DNA of 64,000 nucleotides from Elusimicrobiota bacterium (GCA_036574205.1 JAINCQ010000040.1:1-64000); one strand, 5' to 3'. Shown: positions 20,081 to 31,195, counted from the stretch's first letter. Notes: generated by a model not told the origin, from the letters alone. A program made the numbers and translations.

Positions 20081-21424
20081 ATGAAAGTTTTTTTAGGTTT
20101 ATTTATTTTTTTGACATCAATCAATTATCTAAGTCTTAACGCGCAATTTGAGGATTTTAACAAAATAAAAGAAACTATCTCTGTCCCTATCCCAAAAATC
20201 AAAGAGTGGACAGTTGCAATATATATTAATGGAAAAAATAACGTTGATATGTTTGCCTATAAGGATTTTAACAGGATAGAAACTCAGGGATCTGATGAAA
20301 ATATAAATATCGTTGCTGAACTTGGCAGAGCCCAGGGATTTATGCCAGATGAAAATACCCCTGAAAAATGGAGTGGAGTTAGAAGATATTATATAAAAAA
20401 GGATTTAGATCCCAATAAGATAAACTCCGATATAGTTTTAGACAGGAAAGATGTTGATATGGGCAACTGGGAAGAAGCGGCAAGTTTTATAAGATGGGCA
20501 AAAACAAATTACCCGGCTAAAAAGTTTATGTTTATTATATGGAACCATGGATGGGGATGGATAGACCCTGTAAAAGAAGATTCCAATCTGGCAGGGGATA
20601 AATCAATATCACATGATTTTACCACAAATAATTATATAAAAACGACTGAACTAAAAAAGATTTTTCAAAAAGCCGGAAAGGTTGATATATATGCATCAAT
20701 GGCATGCTTTATGCAAATGGCTGAGGTAGTTACTGAGATAAAAGACTATGCGGATATAATTGTTGGAAGTGAAGAGGTTATTCAGCTGCCGAGCTTTAAC
20801 TGGGAAGATTTTTTTGCCCTGTTAAAAAAATATCCCAAATCTAATGAGGAACAACTTGGCATTTTCCTTGTAGATACATTTAAAGAGATGTATCAAAGAC
20901 CAGAGTATTTTCAACTTCTTGTAGAAGGAAAATATGGCACACAACTTTCAGCTATAAGAAGCTCAACTATGAACAAATTTTTAACCTCAATTAAAAACTT
21001 TTCCAATATAATACCAAAGCTTAAAGATATAAAAGCTATATCTAAAGCCAAAAAGGATGTTTTAAGATTTGAGGTTGGAGAACTTGATACCGATCCTGAT
21101 AAACTTATATCTTTCTATGCTGATATATATAATTTTCTTGAATTGATTGATAAATATTATTCAGATAAAAATGATTTTACTTATTTTGAATTCCAAAAAG
21201 AATTTTTAAATTTCAAAAAAATAATAAAAGAACTTGTAATTAAAAATGTATATTTAAATAAAGATAGAACTGGCAAGGATTTCTCAAATACTCATGGCAT
21301 ATCTATGCACATACCCGGCGCAAAAGGCCATCTTATAGATTATTATCAAACCTACAATGAACTTGAATTTGAGAAAATTACCAGATGGTCTGATTCTATA
21401 AAATTCCTTGAAAATATAGAATAA
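20081..21424 (+). CDS. Secreted clostripain-family (C11) cysteine peptidase
   Basis: Signal peptide; WTVAIY, DMG, FIIWNHGWGW (His), ACFM (Cys), GSEE. Confidence 0.85.
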   Translation: MKVFLGLFIFLTSINYLSLNAQFEDFNKIKETISVPIPKIKEWTVAIYINGKNNVDMFAYKDFNRIETQGSDENINIVAELGRAQGFMPDENTPEKWSGVRRYYIKKDLDPNKINSDIVLDRKDVDMGNWEEAASFIRWAKTNYPAKKFMFIIWNHGWGWIDPVKEDSNLAGDKSISHDFTTNNYIKTTELKKIFQKAGKVDIYASMACFMQMAEVVTEIKDYADIIVGSEEVIQLPSFNWEDFFALLKKYPKSNEEQLGIFLVDTFKEMYQRPEYFQLLVEGKYGTQLSAIRSSTMNKFLTSIKNFSNIIPKLKDIKAISKAKKDVLRFEVGELDTDPDKLISFYADIYNFLELIDKYYSDKNDFTYFEFQKEFLNFKKIIKELVIKNVYLNKDRTGKDFSNTHGISMHIPGAKGHLIDYYQTYNELEFEKITRWSDSIKFLENIE

Positions 21425-21552
21425 CTTCTTTTTTGGTATAATAGTTTATAAACAATAACACTGTTTTTGTGGATTTTAACTTAAAAAGTTAAAAATATTT
21501 GTTTTTAAAAGTGTTATAGTTTAGATTAAAATCAATTAAAGATAGCTACAAT

Positions 21553-22350
21553 ATGGAAGAGACTTATAAAAAATCAAACTTTTCAACTGCGTTTTTTTTC
21601 CTTTCCAGAAAACAAAAATATGCCCTTTCTTTAATATATAAATTTTCAAGAATAGCTGATGACATTGCTGATACCAGCGAAGATAAAGAGAAAAAACTCA
21701 AAAAATTAACTGAGCTAAAAGAAAAAACAAAATATTTGTATAGCACCAGCGAAATTAAAGACGATTTTTTCAAAAATCTTAAAGAAACAGTTAATGAATA
21801 TAAAATAGAAAAATTTTGTTTTGACGAGCTTTTAAATGGAATGGAAAAAGATATTCAGGGAATTGATTTTAAAACACTGAAAGAACTTGAAGAATATATG
21901 TTTCAGGTGGCAAGCGTTGTTGGAATAATGGTTTTAGACATATCCGGATATAAAGGCAAAGAAAAAGAAGATATAGCAAAATATACCGGTTATGCTTTAC
22001 AACTTACAAATATTTTAAGAGATATACTTGAAGATACTCAAAACAACAGGTTTTATATCCCTCAGGAACACAGAATTAGCTTTCTAAACTCTACAAAAAT
22101 TAATTTTTCACATCCTGAGTTTAAAAATCTTTTTGAATTTGAAAAAGAAATAGCCTTAAATTATTACATAAAAGCAAATGAACTTTATAGAAGGAACAAA
22201 ACAAAGGAGTTATTTGTATCCGCAATTATGAAGAATATATATTTTGAGATTTTTAAGTCTCTTGATTTTGCTAATCTCTCAAAAAATCATAAAATATCTA
22301 AATATAAAAAGATTAAAGTTTTAGTTAAAAGTTTTTTTGAAACAAACTAG
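21553..22350 (+). CDS. Squalene/phytoene synthase family protein (HpnD/CrtB-like)
   Basis: [28 protein letters not shown]. Confidence 0.88.
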   Translation: MEETYKKSNFSTAFFFLSRKQKYALSLIYKFSRIADDIADTSEDKEKKLKKLTELKEKTKYLYSTSEIKDDFFKNLKETVNEYKIEKFCFDELLNGMEKDIQGIDFKTLKELEEYMFQVASVVGIMVLDISGYKGKEKEDIAKYTGYALQLTNILRDILEDTQNNRFYIPQEHRISFLNSTKINFSHPEFKNLFEFEKEIALNYYIKANELYRRNKTKELFVSAIMKNIYFEIFKSLDFANLSKNHKISKYKKIKVLVKSFFETN

Positions 22351-22360
22351 AGGAGGAGTT

Positions 22361-22939
22361 ATGTTAAAATCAGATAAATGGATAAGAGAAATGTCACTTA
22401 AACATAAAATGATAACTCCATTTATTGAAAACTTAATTACTAAAAACAAAGTTTCTTATGGGCTTTCATCATATGGTTATGATATTAGAGTTGCTGATGA
22501 GTATAAAGTATTTACAGATGTATATAATACAGTCATAGATCCAAAAGAATTTTCTCCAAAAGCTTTTGTGGATATAAAAGCGCCTTACTGCATAGTTCCA
22601 CCAAACTCCTTCGCGCTTGCAAGATCTGTTGAATATTTTAGAATCCCAAGAGACGTAATAGGACTTTGTATAGGTAAAAGCACATATGCAAGATGTGGAA
22701 TTGTGGTAAATATAACCCCTCTTGAACCAGAGTGGGAAGGGCATCTTACCATTGAAATTTCAAATACAACCCCAATTCCAGCAAAAATTTACTCAAATGA
22801 AGGTATTGCGCAGTTAATATTTTTAGGGGCATCAGATATATGTGAGACATCATACAAAGACAGGAAAGGGAAATATCAATCACAGCGAGGAGTTACCCTG
22901 CCAAAGGTTATAAAACCGGGTGAAAAAGGTAAAAACTAA
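22361..22939 (+). CDS. dcd: dCTP deaminase
   Basis: [29 protein letters not shown]; start moved to ATG 22361, which follows SD GAGGAG. Confidence 0.96.
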   Translation: MLKSDKWIREMSLKHKMITPFIENLITKNKVSYGLSSYGYDIRVADEYKVFTDVYNTVIDPKEFSPKAFVDIKAPYCIVPPNSFALARSVEYFRIPRDVIGLCIGKSTYARCGIVVNITPLEPEWEGHLTIEISNTTPIPAKIYSNEGIAQLIFLGASDICETSYKDRKGKYQSQRGVTLPKVIKPGEKGKN

Positions 22940-22964
22940 AAAGTAGCCGGGGAAAAATTTTTAT

Positions 22965-24806
22965 ATGCTTTTAAAACTGATTATAATAACCACATTAAGA
23001 ATTTACAGTTGCATAGACCTTGAAAAAAATGAAAATCATAATATTGGATGTATTTCAATAATGACTGATCAAAAAGACATAAGCGAATCCACCCTTCTTT
23101 CCTGCTCAAAGATGGCAAGCGAAGATAAATGGATTGGATATCTATGCCTTTGTAGAATAAACTGGCTTAAAAATAACTTTAACACAGCGCAGGCCGCCTG
23201 CTTTAAAGCGAAAGAAAAAAATCCCTTTAACCCATATGTCTATACAGAGATAGCAAGGCTTTATCGTAAACAGGGAAAAATTGACAGCGCCATAACTGAG
23301 GTGGAATTTGCTTTGAATCTTTCAACAGATAATTTTGACGCCAACCTGCTTGCAGCAGAATTAATTGAAAATACAAAACCACAAAAAGCTCTTGAATTTT
23401 ATAAAAAAGCCCTTTTAATCGCAAAACAATCCAATAAATTTGAGTTAATAGGCAAAAAAACTTTTATAGAAACAAAAATAAAAGAGCTTTCAGATATAGT
23501 ACACAAAAAAAACATAGAAAAAGAAAACTTAATATATGAATCCTGCCTGAAAAACTATAAAAGTGAAACAGATAACTTAAAAGCGCTTGAAAAAATAGAA
23601 AAATGTATTAAAATGAGAAAAACACATTCCCCACAAATAACTCTCGATTATATAAAGCTTTTATATCTAAACTCAAACTATGATCTTACATTACAGCAAT
23701 CTAAAAAAATTGACCCTAAAAATCTTTTAGAAAGTCAGAGAAAAGATTTATATCTTATTCTGGCAGACTCATATTATCAAAAAAAAGATATAAAAAACTC
23801 TCTAAAAATATATAAACAACTTTTTGATATGGGTATTGAAGAATATTTTGTACTAATAAAATACGCACAGATACTTGAATCCGATGGAGACAAGATTACT
23901 GCTCTTGAGGTTTATAAAAAAATTTATTCTTTAAAGCAGGATCCACTTATTCATGAAAAAATAGAGTTATTGAAAATAGAAGTAATGGATAAAGATGAGA
24001 TTTTAAAAGAAATGAAGATTCGTGGATTTATTGAAAAAGAGAAAGTAGTTTTATTGCCTGAAAATAAAAAATTGTTTTACACATTAAAACTTCTTGAGCG
24101 AAAAGGCGCAATTAGCTGGCTTGAAAAAAACTATCCAGGATATGCTAATTTAATTTTAATATCTGAAAATGGCGAAAAAAAACTTATGAACTCAGGTTAT
24201 AACCTTTATCTAAGATATCTTTCGCAGCAGTTTATAAAACATCTTCAAACAAAAAATGTTATACCAAATTACCTTTTTAGACTTGTTGATGAAAACGGAA
24301 CTCCTATATTTGACACCAAAGGGAATCTGACTTATGAAGGATTATTGTCTTACTTTAAAGCTCAGGATACAAACTCAAAAACATGGTTTTATCCTACCGA
24401 AATACAAAGAAAAAAAATTGAACTAAAAACCTCTTATGAAGACAAAGAAAAAAGAAAGAAAGCGGAGATAGAGGCAAAAAAACTGATAAACTCTGGATAT
24501 GAAGAAATATCCGAACCAGAATATCTCTGGCTTTTAAGAGCAACAAACTGCCCTGAAGATATTTTATTAAATCCCCCCTGCAATTTAAGAAAAATAGACT
24601 ATGGCGATACAATAAAATACTTTATATGCTCGAAAAACGAAGTTTTATGCGGGGCAACATCTTTAACTCTTTATACCTATATTAATTCTTACCGTTCTGG
24701 CAATACGGATATAATAGATACCAGTAAATCAACTGCTTTTTTCGGAACAGGCGCGGTAAAAAAACATAGATTTTGCGAGGACGGCAAAATCTGGACTGGA
24801 AATTAA
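22965..24806 (+). CDS. TPR-containing protein with Cys-containing C-terminal domain
   Basis: TPR-like helical repeats in the N-terminal half; possible signal/lipoprotein N-terminus. Confidence 0.7.
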   Translation: MLLKLIIITTLRIYSCIDLEKNENHNIGCISIMTDQKDISESTLLSCSKMASEDKWIGYLCLCRINWLKNNFNTAQAACFKAKEKNPFNPYVYTEIARLYRKQGKIDSAITEVEFALNLSTDNFDANLLAAELIENTKPQKALEFYKKALLIAKQSNKFELIGKKTFIETKIKELSDIVHKKNIEKENLIYESCLKNYKSETDNLKALEKIEKCIKMRKTHSPQITLDYIKLLYLNSNYDLTLQQSKKIDPKNLLESQRKDLYLILADSYYQKKDIKNSLKIYKQLFDMGIEEYFVLIKYAQILESDGDKITALEVYKKIYSLKQDPLIHEKIELLKIEVMDKDEILKEMKIRGFIEKEKVVLLPENKKLFYTLKLLERKGAISWLEKNYPGYANLILISENGEKKLMNSGYNLYLRYLSQQFIKHLQTKNVIPNYLFRLVDENGTPIFDTKGNLTYEGLLSYFKAQDTNSKTWFYPTEIQRKKIELKTSYEDKEKRKKAEIEAKKLINSGYEEISEPEYLWLLRATNCPEDILLNPPCNLRKIDYGDTIKYFICSKNEVLCGATSLTLYTYINSYRSGNTDIIDTSKSTAFFGTGAVKKHRFCEDGKIWTGN

Positions 24807-24926
24807 TGTTTATAAAATACTCAAATATTGTTAAAAAAAATTACTTCATCTTCAGTAAATATAATTTTAAATAAAACCGCATAAAATTCTCAATATTGTA
24901 TAATTTATTATTGTAGGAGGGATTTT

Positions 24927-25124
24927 ATGGATTGCAGGATAAATGATAATAAGGCAAATTGTACATGTACTTATGAACCATGTTCAAGAAAAGGAATTTG
25001 CTGTCAGTGTATTGAGTATCATAGAAATAACGGGGAGCTGCCCGGTTGTTATTTTTCAAAAAATGGCGAGAAAACATATGATAGAAGCATAGAAAATTTT
25101 ATAAGGGATTGGGAGGCAAGGTAA
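24927..25124 (+). CDS. Small Cys-rich protein (DUF6485-like)
   Basis: Strong [29 protein letters not shown]...LPGCYF...YDRS. Confidence 0.75.
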   Translation: MDCRINDNKANCTCTYEPCSRKGICCQCIEYHRNNGELPGCYFSKNGEKTYDRSIENFIRDWEAR

Positions 25125-25126
25125 AA

Positions 25127-25510
25127 ATGAAAAAAGTAATATCAACAGAAAAAGCGCCAAAAGCAATAGGACCATACTCTCAGGCTATTGAAACAGAAGA
25201 TTTTATATTCATATCAGGACAACTTCCTATTAACCCCAAAACACAGGAGATGCCAGATGAAGTTGGTAAGCAAACTAAATACTGCCTTGAAAATATAAAA
25301 GCCATACTTAACTCATGCGGGCTTGACTTAAATAATATAGTAAAAACTACTGTTTATATGACAGATCTTACTAAATTTCCCATTATGAATGAAGTTTATG
25401 CTACATATTTCAATGATAAACCACCCGCAAGGGCGACAGTAGAAGTTAAAGCGCTTCCAAAAGGCGCAATGATTGAAATAGAAACCATAGCTGTTAAAAA
25501 CAAGGTTTAA
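25127..25510 (+). CDS. ridA: RidA/YjgF imine deaminase
   Basis: APKAIGPYSQA, SGQLP, MNEVYA, PARATVEV, IEIE; start moved to ATG 25127. Confidence 0.95.
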   Translation: MKKVISTEKAPKAIGPYSQAIETEDFIFISGQLPINPKTQEMPDEVGKQTKYCLENIKAILNSCGLDLNNIVKTTVYMTDLTKFPIMNEVYATYFNDKPPARATVEVKALPKGAMIEIETIAVKNKV

Positions 25511-25512
25511 AA

Positions 25513-27093
25513 ATGCACGAAATATTAAAACAAAAACATACCGGAATTCTCATCCCATTATTTTCAATGTTTTCAAAAAACGATTTTGGTTGTGGAGATG
25601 TAAGTTCGCTGATAGAATGGGCTGAATTTGCAAAAGAGGCTGGATTTGATATAATACAGATTCTCCCAATAAATGAAATGCCACCTCAAACAAACTGCCC
25701 ATATACCGCACTAACTGCATTTGCTATAGACCCAATTTACATATCAATAAAGGATATTGAAAATATTTCGCCCCAAATACTAAAAAAAATAAAATCATCT
25801 GATTTTTTAAATACCATAAAGGAATTTAAGAAGAAAAAATATATAGATTATGATGGGATAAAGACTGAAAAGTTTAAAATTTTATGGGAGCAATATAATT
25901 ACTTTCATAAAAACTTTATCCTAACTCATTCAAAGGAAGCAATAGATTTTGAAAATTACTGTGATAAAAACCTGTGGTGGCTAAGAGATTATGCAATATT
26001 TAGAAGACTTAAGGATATCTATAGTTTTTCCACATGGACACAATGGCCTGATGGATTTAAAAACAGACAAAAAGAGGTTATCGATAGCTTTGAAAAAGAA
26101 AATTTATTTGAGATAAATTTCTTTAAATATATTCAGTGGGAAGTTGACAAACAGTTTAAAAAAGCCAGGGAAAAGCTTAAGGAATATAATATAAAACTTT
26201 TCGGCGATTTACCGTTTATGGTAAATCAGGAAAGCGCGGATGTCTGGTCAAGGCAACAAGATTTTCGCCTTGATCTTGAATCAGGCGCGCCACCTGATGC
26301 TTTTAGTAAAGAAGGCCAGCGTTGGGGGATTCCTGCCCCAAACTGGCAGGCGCAGGTGGCAAATAATTTTGAATGGTGGAGGATGAAAGTCAGAAAATTT
26401 GAAGAGATTTATGACATATTTAGAATAGATCACATGGTAGGTTTTTTCAGGACATGGGTAATACCACATAACAGAAGTCTTAAACCGGATTTTGATATAC
26501 TTGACCCAGTTCAACAAGAAGAAAGGGGACGGTTATTCTTAAAAACGATTACATCATCTACAAAAATGTATGCAATAGCAGAAGACCTTGGGGTAATACC
26601 AGATTACGTAAGAAAGGTTTTAAAAGAAACAAAAGTGGCAGGTTATAAAATAATGAGATGGGAGAAAAATAAAGAAAATTTTTATATACATCCCTCAGAC
26701 TATCCAGCCATATCAGTTGCTACTACATCCACCCATGATACTGAAGCAATGTCCAGCTGGTGGAAGAATATAGATAAAAGCGAAAGAACTCTTTTTTATA
26801 CAATGTTAACTGAAAATAAAAAACAAGAACCTCCTAAAAAATACATTGAGATAAAAGATCTTGTAAATGAGGCATTGTTAAACTCAAACTCCATATTTGT
26901 AATTATGACAATAAGCGATATTATAGGAACTAATGATAGAATTAACACACCGGGGATATCCTCAAAGGAAAATTGGAGTTATAGAATCAAAACTGAGTGG
27001 AAAAAATTTTATCAAAAAAATGAAAGAGATTTTGAAAAAATAAAAAAACTTGTAGAGAAACGTAAAAATGAAAAAGTTAATATTGACAATTAG
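25513..27093 (+). CDS. malQ: 4-alpha-glucanotransferase (GH77)
   Basis: IQILP, GDLP, SADVW, GAPPDAFS..GQRWG, RIDH..GF, AEDLG, THD, NTPG..NW. Confidence 0.93.
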   Translation: MHEILKQKHTGILIPLFSMFSKNDFGCGDVSSLIEWAEFAKEAGFDIIQILPINEMPPQTNCPYTALTAFAIDPIYISIKDIENISPQILKKIKSSDFLNTIKEFKKKKYIDYDGIKTEKFKILWEQYNYFHKNFILTHSKEAIDFENYCDKNLWWLRDYAIFRRLKDIYSFSTWTQWPDGFKNRQKEVIDSFEKENLFEINFFKYIQWEVDKQFKKAREKLKEYNIKLFGDLPFMVNQESADVWSRQQDFRLDLESGAPPDAFSKEGQRWGIPAPNWQAQVANNFEWWRMKVRKFEEIYDIFRIDHMVGFFRTWVIPHNRSLKPDFDILDPVQQEERGRLFLKTITSSTKMYAIAEDLGVIPDYVRKVLKETKVAGYKIMRWEKNKENFYIHPSDYPAISVATTSTHDTEAMSSWWKNIDKSERTLFYTMLTENKKQEPPKKYIEIKDLVNEALLNSNSIFVIMTISDIIGTNDRINTPGISSKENWSYRIKTEWKKFYQKNERDFEKIKKLVEKRKNEKVNIDN

Positions 27094-27883
27094 CTCAACT
27101 ATTTTTCTTGCCTCATGCTCTATTGATAGATTTGCCGCAAGAAAGACTTCTGAGATAATAGATAGAGGAAATGATTCAGTTTTCTCAGACCCAAACTTAC
27201 AATATATAAAAGAATCGTTGCCTGCAAATCTTAAACTAATGGAAATATTGATCGCAACTGATAAAAATCCAAAGCTTATAAAAAATCTTTCTATGGGATT
27301 TTGTGGTTATGCTTTCGCATTTTATGATGACAATAAGGAAATGGCTAATGATTTTTATTTAAGGGGAATAAAATATAGCGAGGAATATATAAAAAATAAA
27401 AATTTAAAAGATAAACAAAAACTTAATGAAGTTGAGTTTGAAATATTATTCTGGAACACATTTTGTAAAAGCTCATATATAGATTTAAACAGAGATGACT
27501 TAAATGCTCTTATATATTTAAATGATATAGAAACACAGGCTGAAAAGCTATTTAAGATAAATCCAGCATATTTTTACAACTCACTTTATTCTATACTTGC
27601 CTCAGTGTATGCATCAAAGCCAAAAATGATAGGCGGGGATATTTTAAAGGCAAAAGAATATTTTGAAAAAGCAATTTCTGGAGAAGGAGAAAAACTTTTG
27701 ATAAACAAATTTATATATGCAAAAATATATCCAGTTTTAACAGATGATGAAAAACTTTTTGATGAATTAACCGATGAAATACTTAATTCAAAACATAAAA
27801 ATATTCCTGAGATTATGTTTTTTAATAACATAGCTATAATAAAAACTCAAAAATTAAAGGAGAAAAAAAATGAATTATTTTAA
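27068..27883 (+). CDS. TRAP-associated TatT lipoprotein (T component)
   Basis: Lipobox FLASC; SLPANLKLME, PKMIGGD..KAKEYFEKA; directly upstream of dctPQM. Confidence 0.8.
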   Translation: MKKLILTISSTIFLASCSIDRFAARKTSEIIDRGNDSVFSDPNLQYIKESLPANLKLMEILIATDKNPKLIKNLSMGFCGYAFAFYDDNKEMANDFYLRGIKYSEEYIKNKNLKDKQKLNEVEFEILFWNTFCKSSYIDLNRDDLNALIYLNDIETQAEKLFKINPAYFYNSLYSILASVYASKPKMIGGDILKAKEYFEKAISGEGEKLLINKFIYAKIYPVLTDDEKLFDELTDEILNSKHKNIPEIMFFNNIAIIKTQKLKEKKNELF

Positions 27884-28901
27884 AACCATTGTTTTTTTAT
27901 CTCTTTTTGCAACAAATACTGTTAGATCTGAAATTGTCGCTGTTAATATGTCCAGCGAGCCAAAAACGGTTATAAAATTTGCAACCCTTGCTCCTGAAGG
28001 AACTACCTGGACAAAAATACTCAAGCAGTTTTCGCAGGAAGTTCAGTCAAGGACTCAGCTAAGAGTAACTTTTAAAATATATACTGGAGGGGTACAGGGG
28101 GATGAGAAAGATGTAATAAGGAAGATAAAGACAGCTCAGCTTAATGCAAGCGGTTTTACAGGTTTTGGTTTGGGAGAGATAGCAAAAGAATTAAGGGTTT
28201 TAGACGCTCCATTTTTATTTAAAAATACAGATGAAATAGACCACATATATTCTAAATTTAATGATGAGTTTTCAAAAATTTTAGAGGAAAAAGGCTTTAT
28301 TCTCTTAGGCTGGGCTGAGATAGGCGATGTTTATATAGTATCAAAGAATGAAATAAAATCACCGCAAGATTTAGCAAAATCAAAATTATGGGTCTGGGAA
28401 GGTGATGAGATAGCTCTAAAAACCTTTGAAACTTTTGGGGTTAAGCCAATACCACTTTCTATATCAGATGTAATGACATCCATACAAACAGGTATGATAA
28501 ATACAGTCTACGCAACCCCGGCCACAATTATACCTCTTGGCTGGCATAATAATATGAATTATATACTTGATATGCCAATAACTTATGCAAGTGGCGCAGT
28601 TTTATTATCAAAAGCTACATTTGAAAAGTTAAAAGAAGAAGATAAAAAAATTTTAATTGAAGCAGCTAAAAAACATTTTTCAAAATTAAACAAATCAGCA
28701 AGGGAAGATAATAAAAAAGGGCTTGAGATTCTTAAAAACAAGCTGAAAGTTGTCAAACCTCAGGATGTAAAAATATTTGAAGATCTTGCCGCAAAAGCAA
28801 GAGAAAATTTAAAAAACTATTATGGAAATAAACTTATAGAAAAAATAGAAAAGGAACTTTCAAATTATAGAAATGCTAAAAAATCTAATAATAAAAATTG
28901 A
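27870..28901 (+). CDS. dctP: TRAP transporter substrate-binding protein (DctP/TatP)
   Basis: KFATLAPEGTTW, GGVQGDE, APFLF, KLWVW, IQTGMI. Confidence 0.92.
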   Translation: MNYFKTIVFLSLFATNTVRSEIVAVNMSSEPKTVIKFATLAPEGTTWTKILKQFSQEVQSRTQLRVTFKIYTGGVQGDEKDVIRKIKTAQLNASGFTGFGLGEIAKELRVLDAPFLFKNTDEIDHIYSKFNDEFSKILEEKGFILLGWAEIGDVYIVSKNEIKSPQDLAKSKLWVWEGDEIALKTFETFGVKPIPLSISDVMTSIQTGMINTVYATPATIIPLGWHNNMNYILDMPITYASGAVLLSKATFEKLKEEDKKILIEAAKKHFSKLNKSAREDNKKGLEILKNKLKVVKPQDVKIFEDLAAKARENLKNYYGNKLIEKIEKELSNYRNAKKSNNKN

Positions 28902-29364
28902 CAAAAAGATTTATAAAGCTGAAAGAGGATTTATTATCTTTTGTGTTCTTTTAATGCTTTTTTTATCATTCCTTCAAGTTCTATTAAGGTTTTTTTTAAA
29001 CTCAGGCATAAGCTGGCTTGATATATTTTTAAGATATACCGTAATGATATCTTCATTATTTGCTGCATCAATTGTAAGTTATCATAACCAGCATTTTAAA
29101 ATAGAAATTCTCGAAAAAATAATTAAGAGTGAAAAACTTAAAAAAAATTTTAACATCTTCTCGCTTCTTATTTCTTTTATCGCAACATTATTTATACTCA
29201 TTGCAGTAATTAAGTATCTTCCAGTGGAGTTTGAGCTAAAAGAAGTAATATCAGAATTTAAATCTCTTAAACTAAAACCCCATCATATGATACTTTTTCT
29301 CCCATTAATTTTTTTTAATATGTTATTCCATTCAATTTCAAATTTCTTAAGGGAAAGAAAATGA
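28873..29364 (+). CDS. dctQ: TRAP transporter small permease
   Basis: Four TM helices, QVLLRF, HFKIE; operon position. Confidence 0.85.
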   Translation: MLKNLIIKIDKKIYKAERGFIIFCVLLMLFLSFLQVLLRFFLNSGISWLDIFLRYTVMISSLFAASIVSYHNQHFKIEILEKIIKSEKLKKNFNIFSLLISFIATLFILIAVIKYLPVEFELKEVISEFKSLKLKPHHMILFLPLIFFNMLFHSISNFLRERK

Positions 29365-30596
29365 TAACTCTTTTGCTTTTATCAGCTTTAGTTTTACTTT
29401 CAGGTGTTCCAGTTTTTGCTGTGATAATTCTTTTAACATTTTATCTGTATCATACAAATGATATATCAATAACCTCATCTGTGGTTGAGTTTTTAAGACT
29501 TGGCAATATGCCATCACTTATAGCAATACCTTTATTTTCATTTGGAGGTTTTTTACTTGCAAACTCAAAAGCGCCAGATAGACTTTTAAATCTATTTTCC
29601 TCGCTTTTTGGATGGATGAGAGGTGGAGTGGTTCTTGGTTCAATTATAACAGCTTCCATATTCACAGCTTTTAGTGGGGCTTCAGGCATTACAATTATAG
29701 CCATAGGAGGATTGCTTTTACCAATGCTTTTGAAATACGGCTATAAAGAAAAATTTTCACTTGGTATAGTATCAACTACTGGAAGCCTTGGGCTATTATT
29801 TCCCCCATCACTTCCAATAATACTTTACTCAATAGTGGGAAAGATTGATATAAATATACTTTTTAAAAAATCCTTTATATATGGGATTATCATAATTGTA
29901 GCCTTATGTATCTATGCTTTTATAATATCAAAAAAGGAAAATATCCCTACACAAAAATTTGATTTTTCAAAATTAAAGCTTGCAATAAAACAAGCCGGCT
30001 GGGAAATTCCTCTTCCATTTATAGTAATTGGAGGAATATACTCAGGTTTGATTACAGCGTCAGAGTCGGCAAGCATAACTGCTTTTTATGTTTTGATAGT
30101 TGAATGTTTTATAAAAAAAGAAATAAAAATAAATGAGATAGGGGATATTATAATAAAAACAATGCTTTTAGTTGGCGCAATATTCATAGTTCTTGCAACA
30201 GCCCTTGCTTTTACAAATTATATAGTTGATATGGAACTTCCGGCAATGATATTTAATTTCATTTCTCAATATGTTAAAAATAAATTTTTATTTCTTGTAA
30301 TTTTAAATATATTAATCTTAGCGATAAATATGATTGAGATATTTTCAGCCATAATAATAGTTGTGCCCATAATAGTTCCCATAGCATTAAACTACGGGGT
30401 TGACCCCATTCACCTTGCAATAATATTTTTAATCAACCTTGAACTTGGATATATGACCCCACCATTCGGAATAAATCTACTTTTATCCTCTATGAGATTT
30501 CAAAAACCACTGACCCAAATTTATAAATCAGTAATCCCGGTATGGCTGGTAATCCTTTTTGTACTTTTAATGGTAACATATTTTCCACCAGTCTAA
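29361..30596 (+). CDS. dctM: TRAP transporter large permease
   Basis: AIPLF, SGASG, GSLGLLFPPS, GVDPIH, TPPFGINL. Confidence 0.93.
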   Translation: MITLLLLSALVLLSGVPVFAVIILLTFYLYHTNDISITSSVVEFLRLGNMPSLIAIPLFSFGGFLLANSKAPDRLLNLFSSLFGWMRGGVVLGSIITASIFTAFSGASGITIIAIGGLLLPMLLKYGYKEKFSLGIVSTTGSLGLLFPPSLPIILYSIVGKIDINILFKKSFIYGIIIIVALCIYAFIISKKENIPTQKFDFSKLKLAIKQAGWEIPLPFIVIGGIYSGLITASESASITAFYVLIVECFIKKEIKINEIGDIIIKTMLLVGAIFIVLATALAFTNYIVDMELPAMIFNFISQYVKNKFLFLVILNILILAINMIEIFSAIIIVVPIIVPIALNYGVDPIHLAIIFLINLELGYMTPPFGINLLLSSMRFQKPLTQIYKSVIPVWLVILFVLLMVTYFPPV

Positions 30597-30652
30597 TACA
30601 CTTTTAAAAATTCACAATTTTTTATGCTCAAAAACTAAACATTATCTTTTTC

Positions 30653-31195
30653 TTAACTTTCTGAAAAGAACATCTTAACACATATTTCAGGTTTACACCA
30701 GATCCATTTTCCATCTATGAAATCATATTTCATTATATTATAAGGAAAGGCGTTTACATAAACCAGATTTCCATCTATTAGATAAAAATTATTCCAGAGA
30801 AATGTATATTTAGCCTTAGGGATTTCAGTAAGGAAATCTGGCTTTAGATCTTCAAGATTTTGGGGATAAGAACCAGTTCTGGCTTTGTAGTTTTCTACTG
30901 CTTTTATTATCTTATCTGCAGATGATTGAGCTGATAGATTATTTAAATATGGAAAGATATAAGCAATAACTCCTACAACCAGAAAAATTCCTGTAATAGT
31001 TAGCAACTCCTTGAGTTTTGCTTTATCTTTATACCTGAATAAGGTAAGTAAAACAAAAACCAACATAATAACCAAAGATTTTGTTAAGGCAATAGATGCT
31101 TCACTTGCAAAGATAATATCTATTACCACTATCACAACTGCTACTATCCCTGCAATAAGTATCGAAAAGTTTTGATTTTTACTATTTGTTTCCAT
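30653..31195 (-). CDS. Hypothetical membrane protein with pilin/GspG-like C-terminal motif
   Basis: SD AGGAGAG; three TM helices, then IIKAVENYKARTGSYPQNLEDL. Confidence 0.6.
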   Translation of the reverse strand: METNSKNQNFSILIAGIVAVVIVVIDIIFASEASIALTKSLVIMLVFVLLTLFRYKDKAKLKELLTITGIFLVVGVIAYIFPYLNNLSAQSSADKIIKAVENYKARTGSYPQNLEDLKPDFLTEIPKAKYTFLWNNFYLIDGNLVYVNAFPYNIMKYDFIDGKWIWCKPEICVKMFFSES

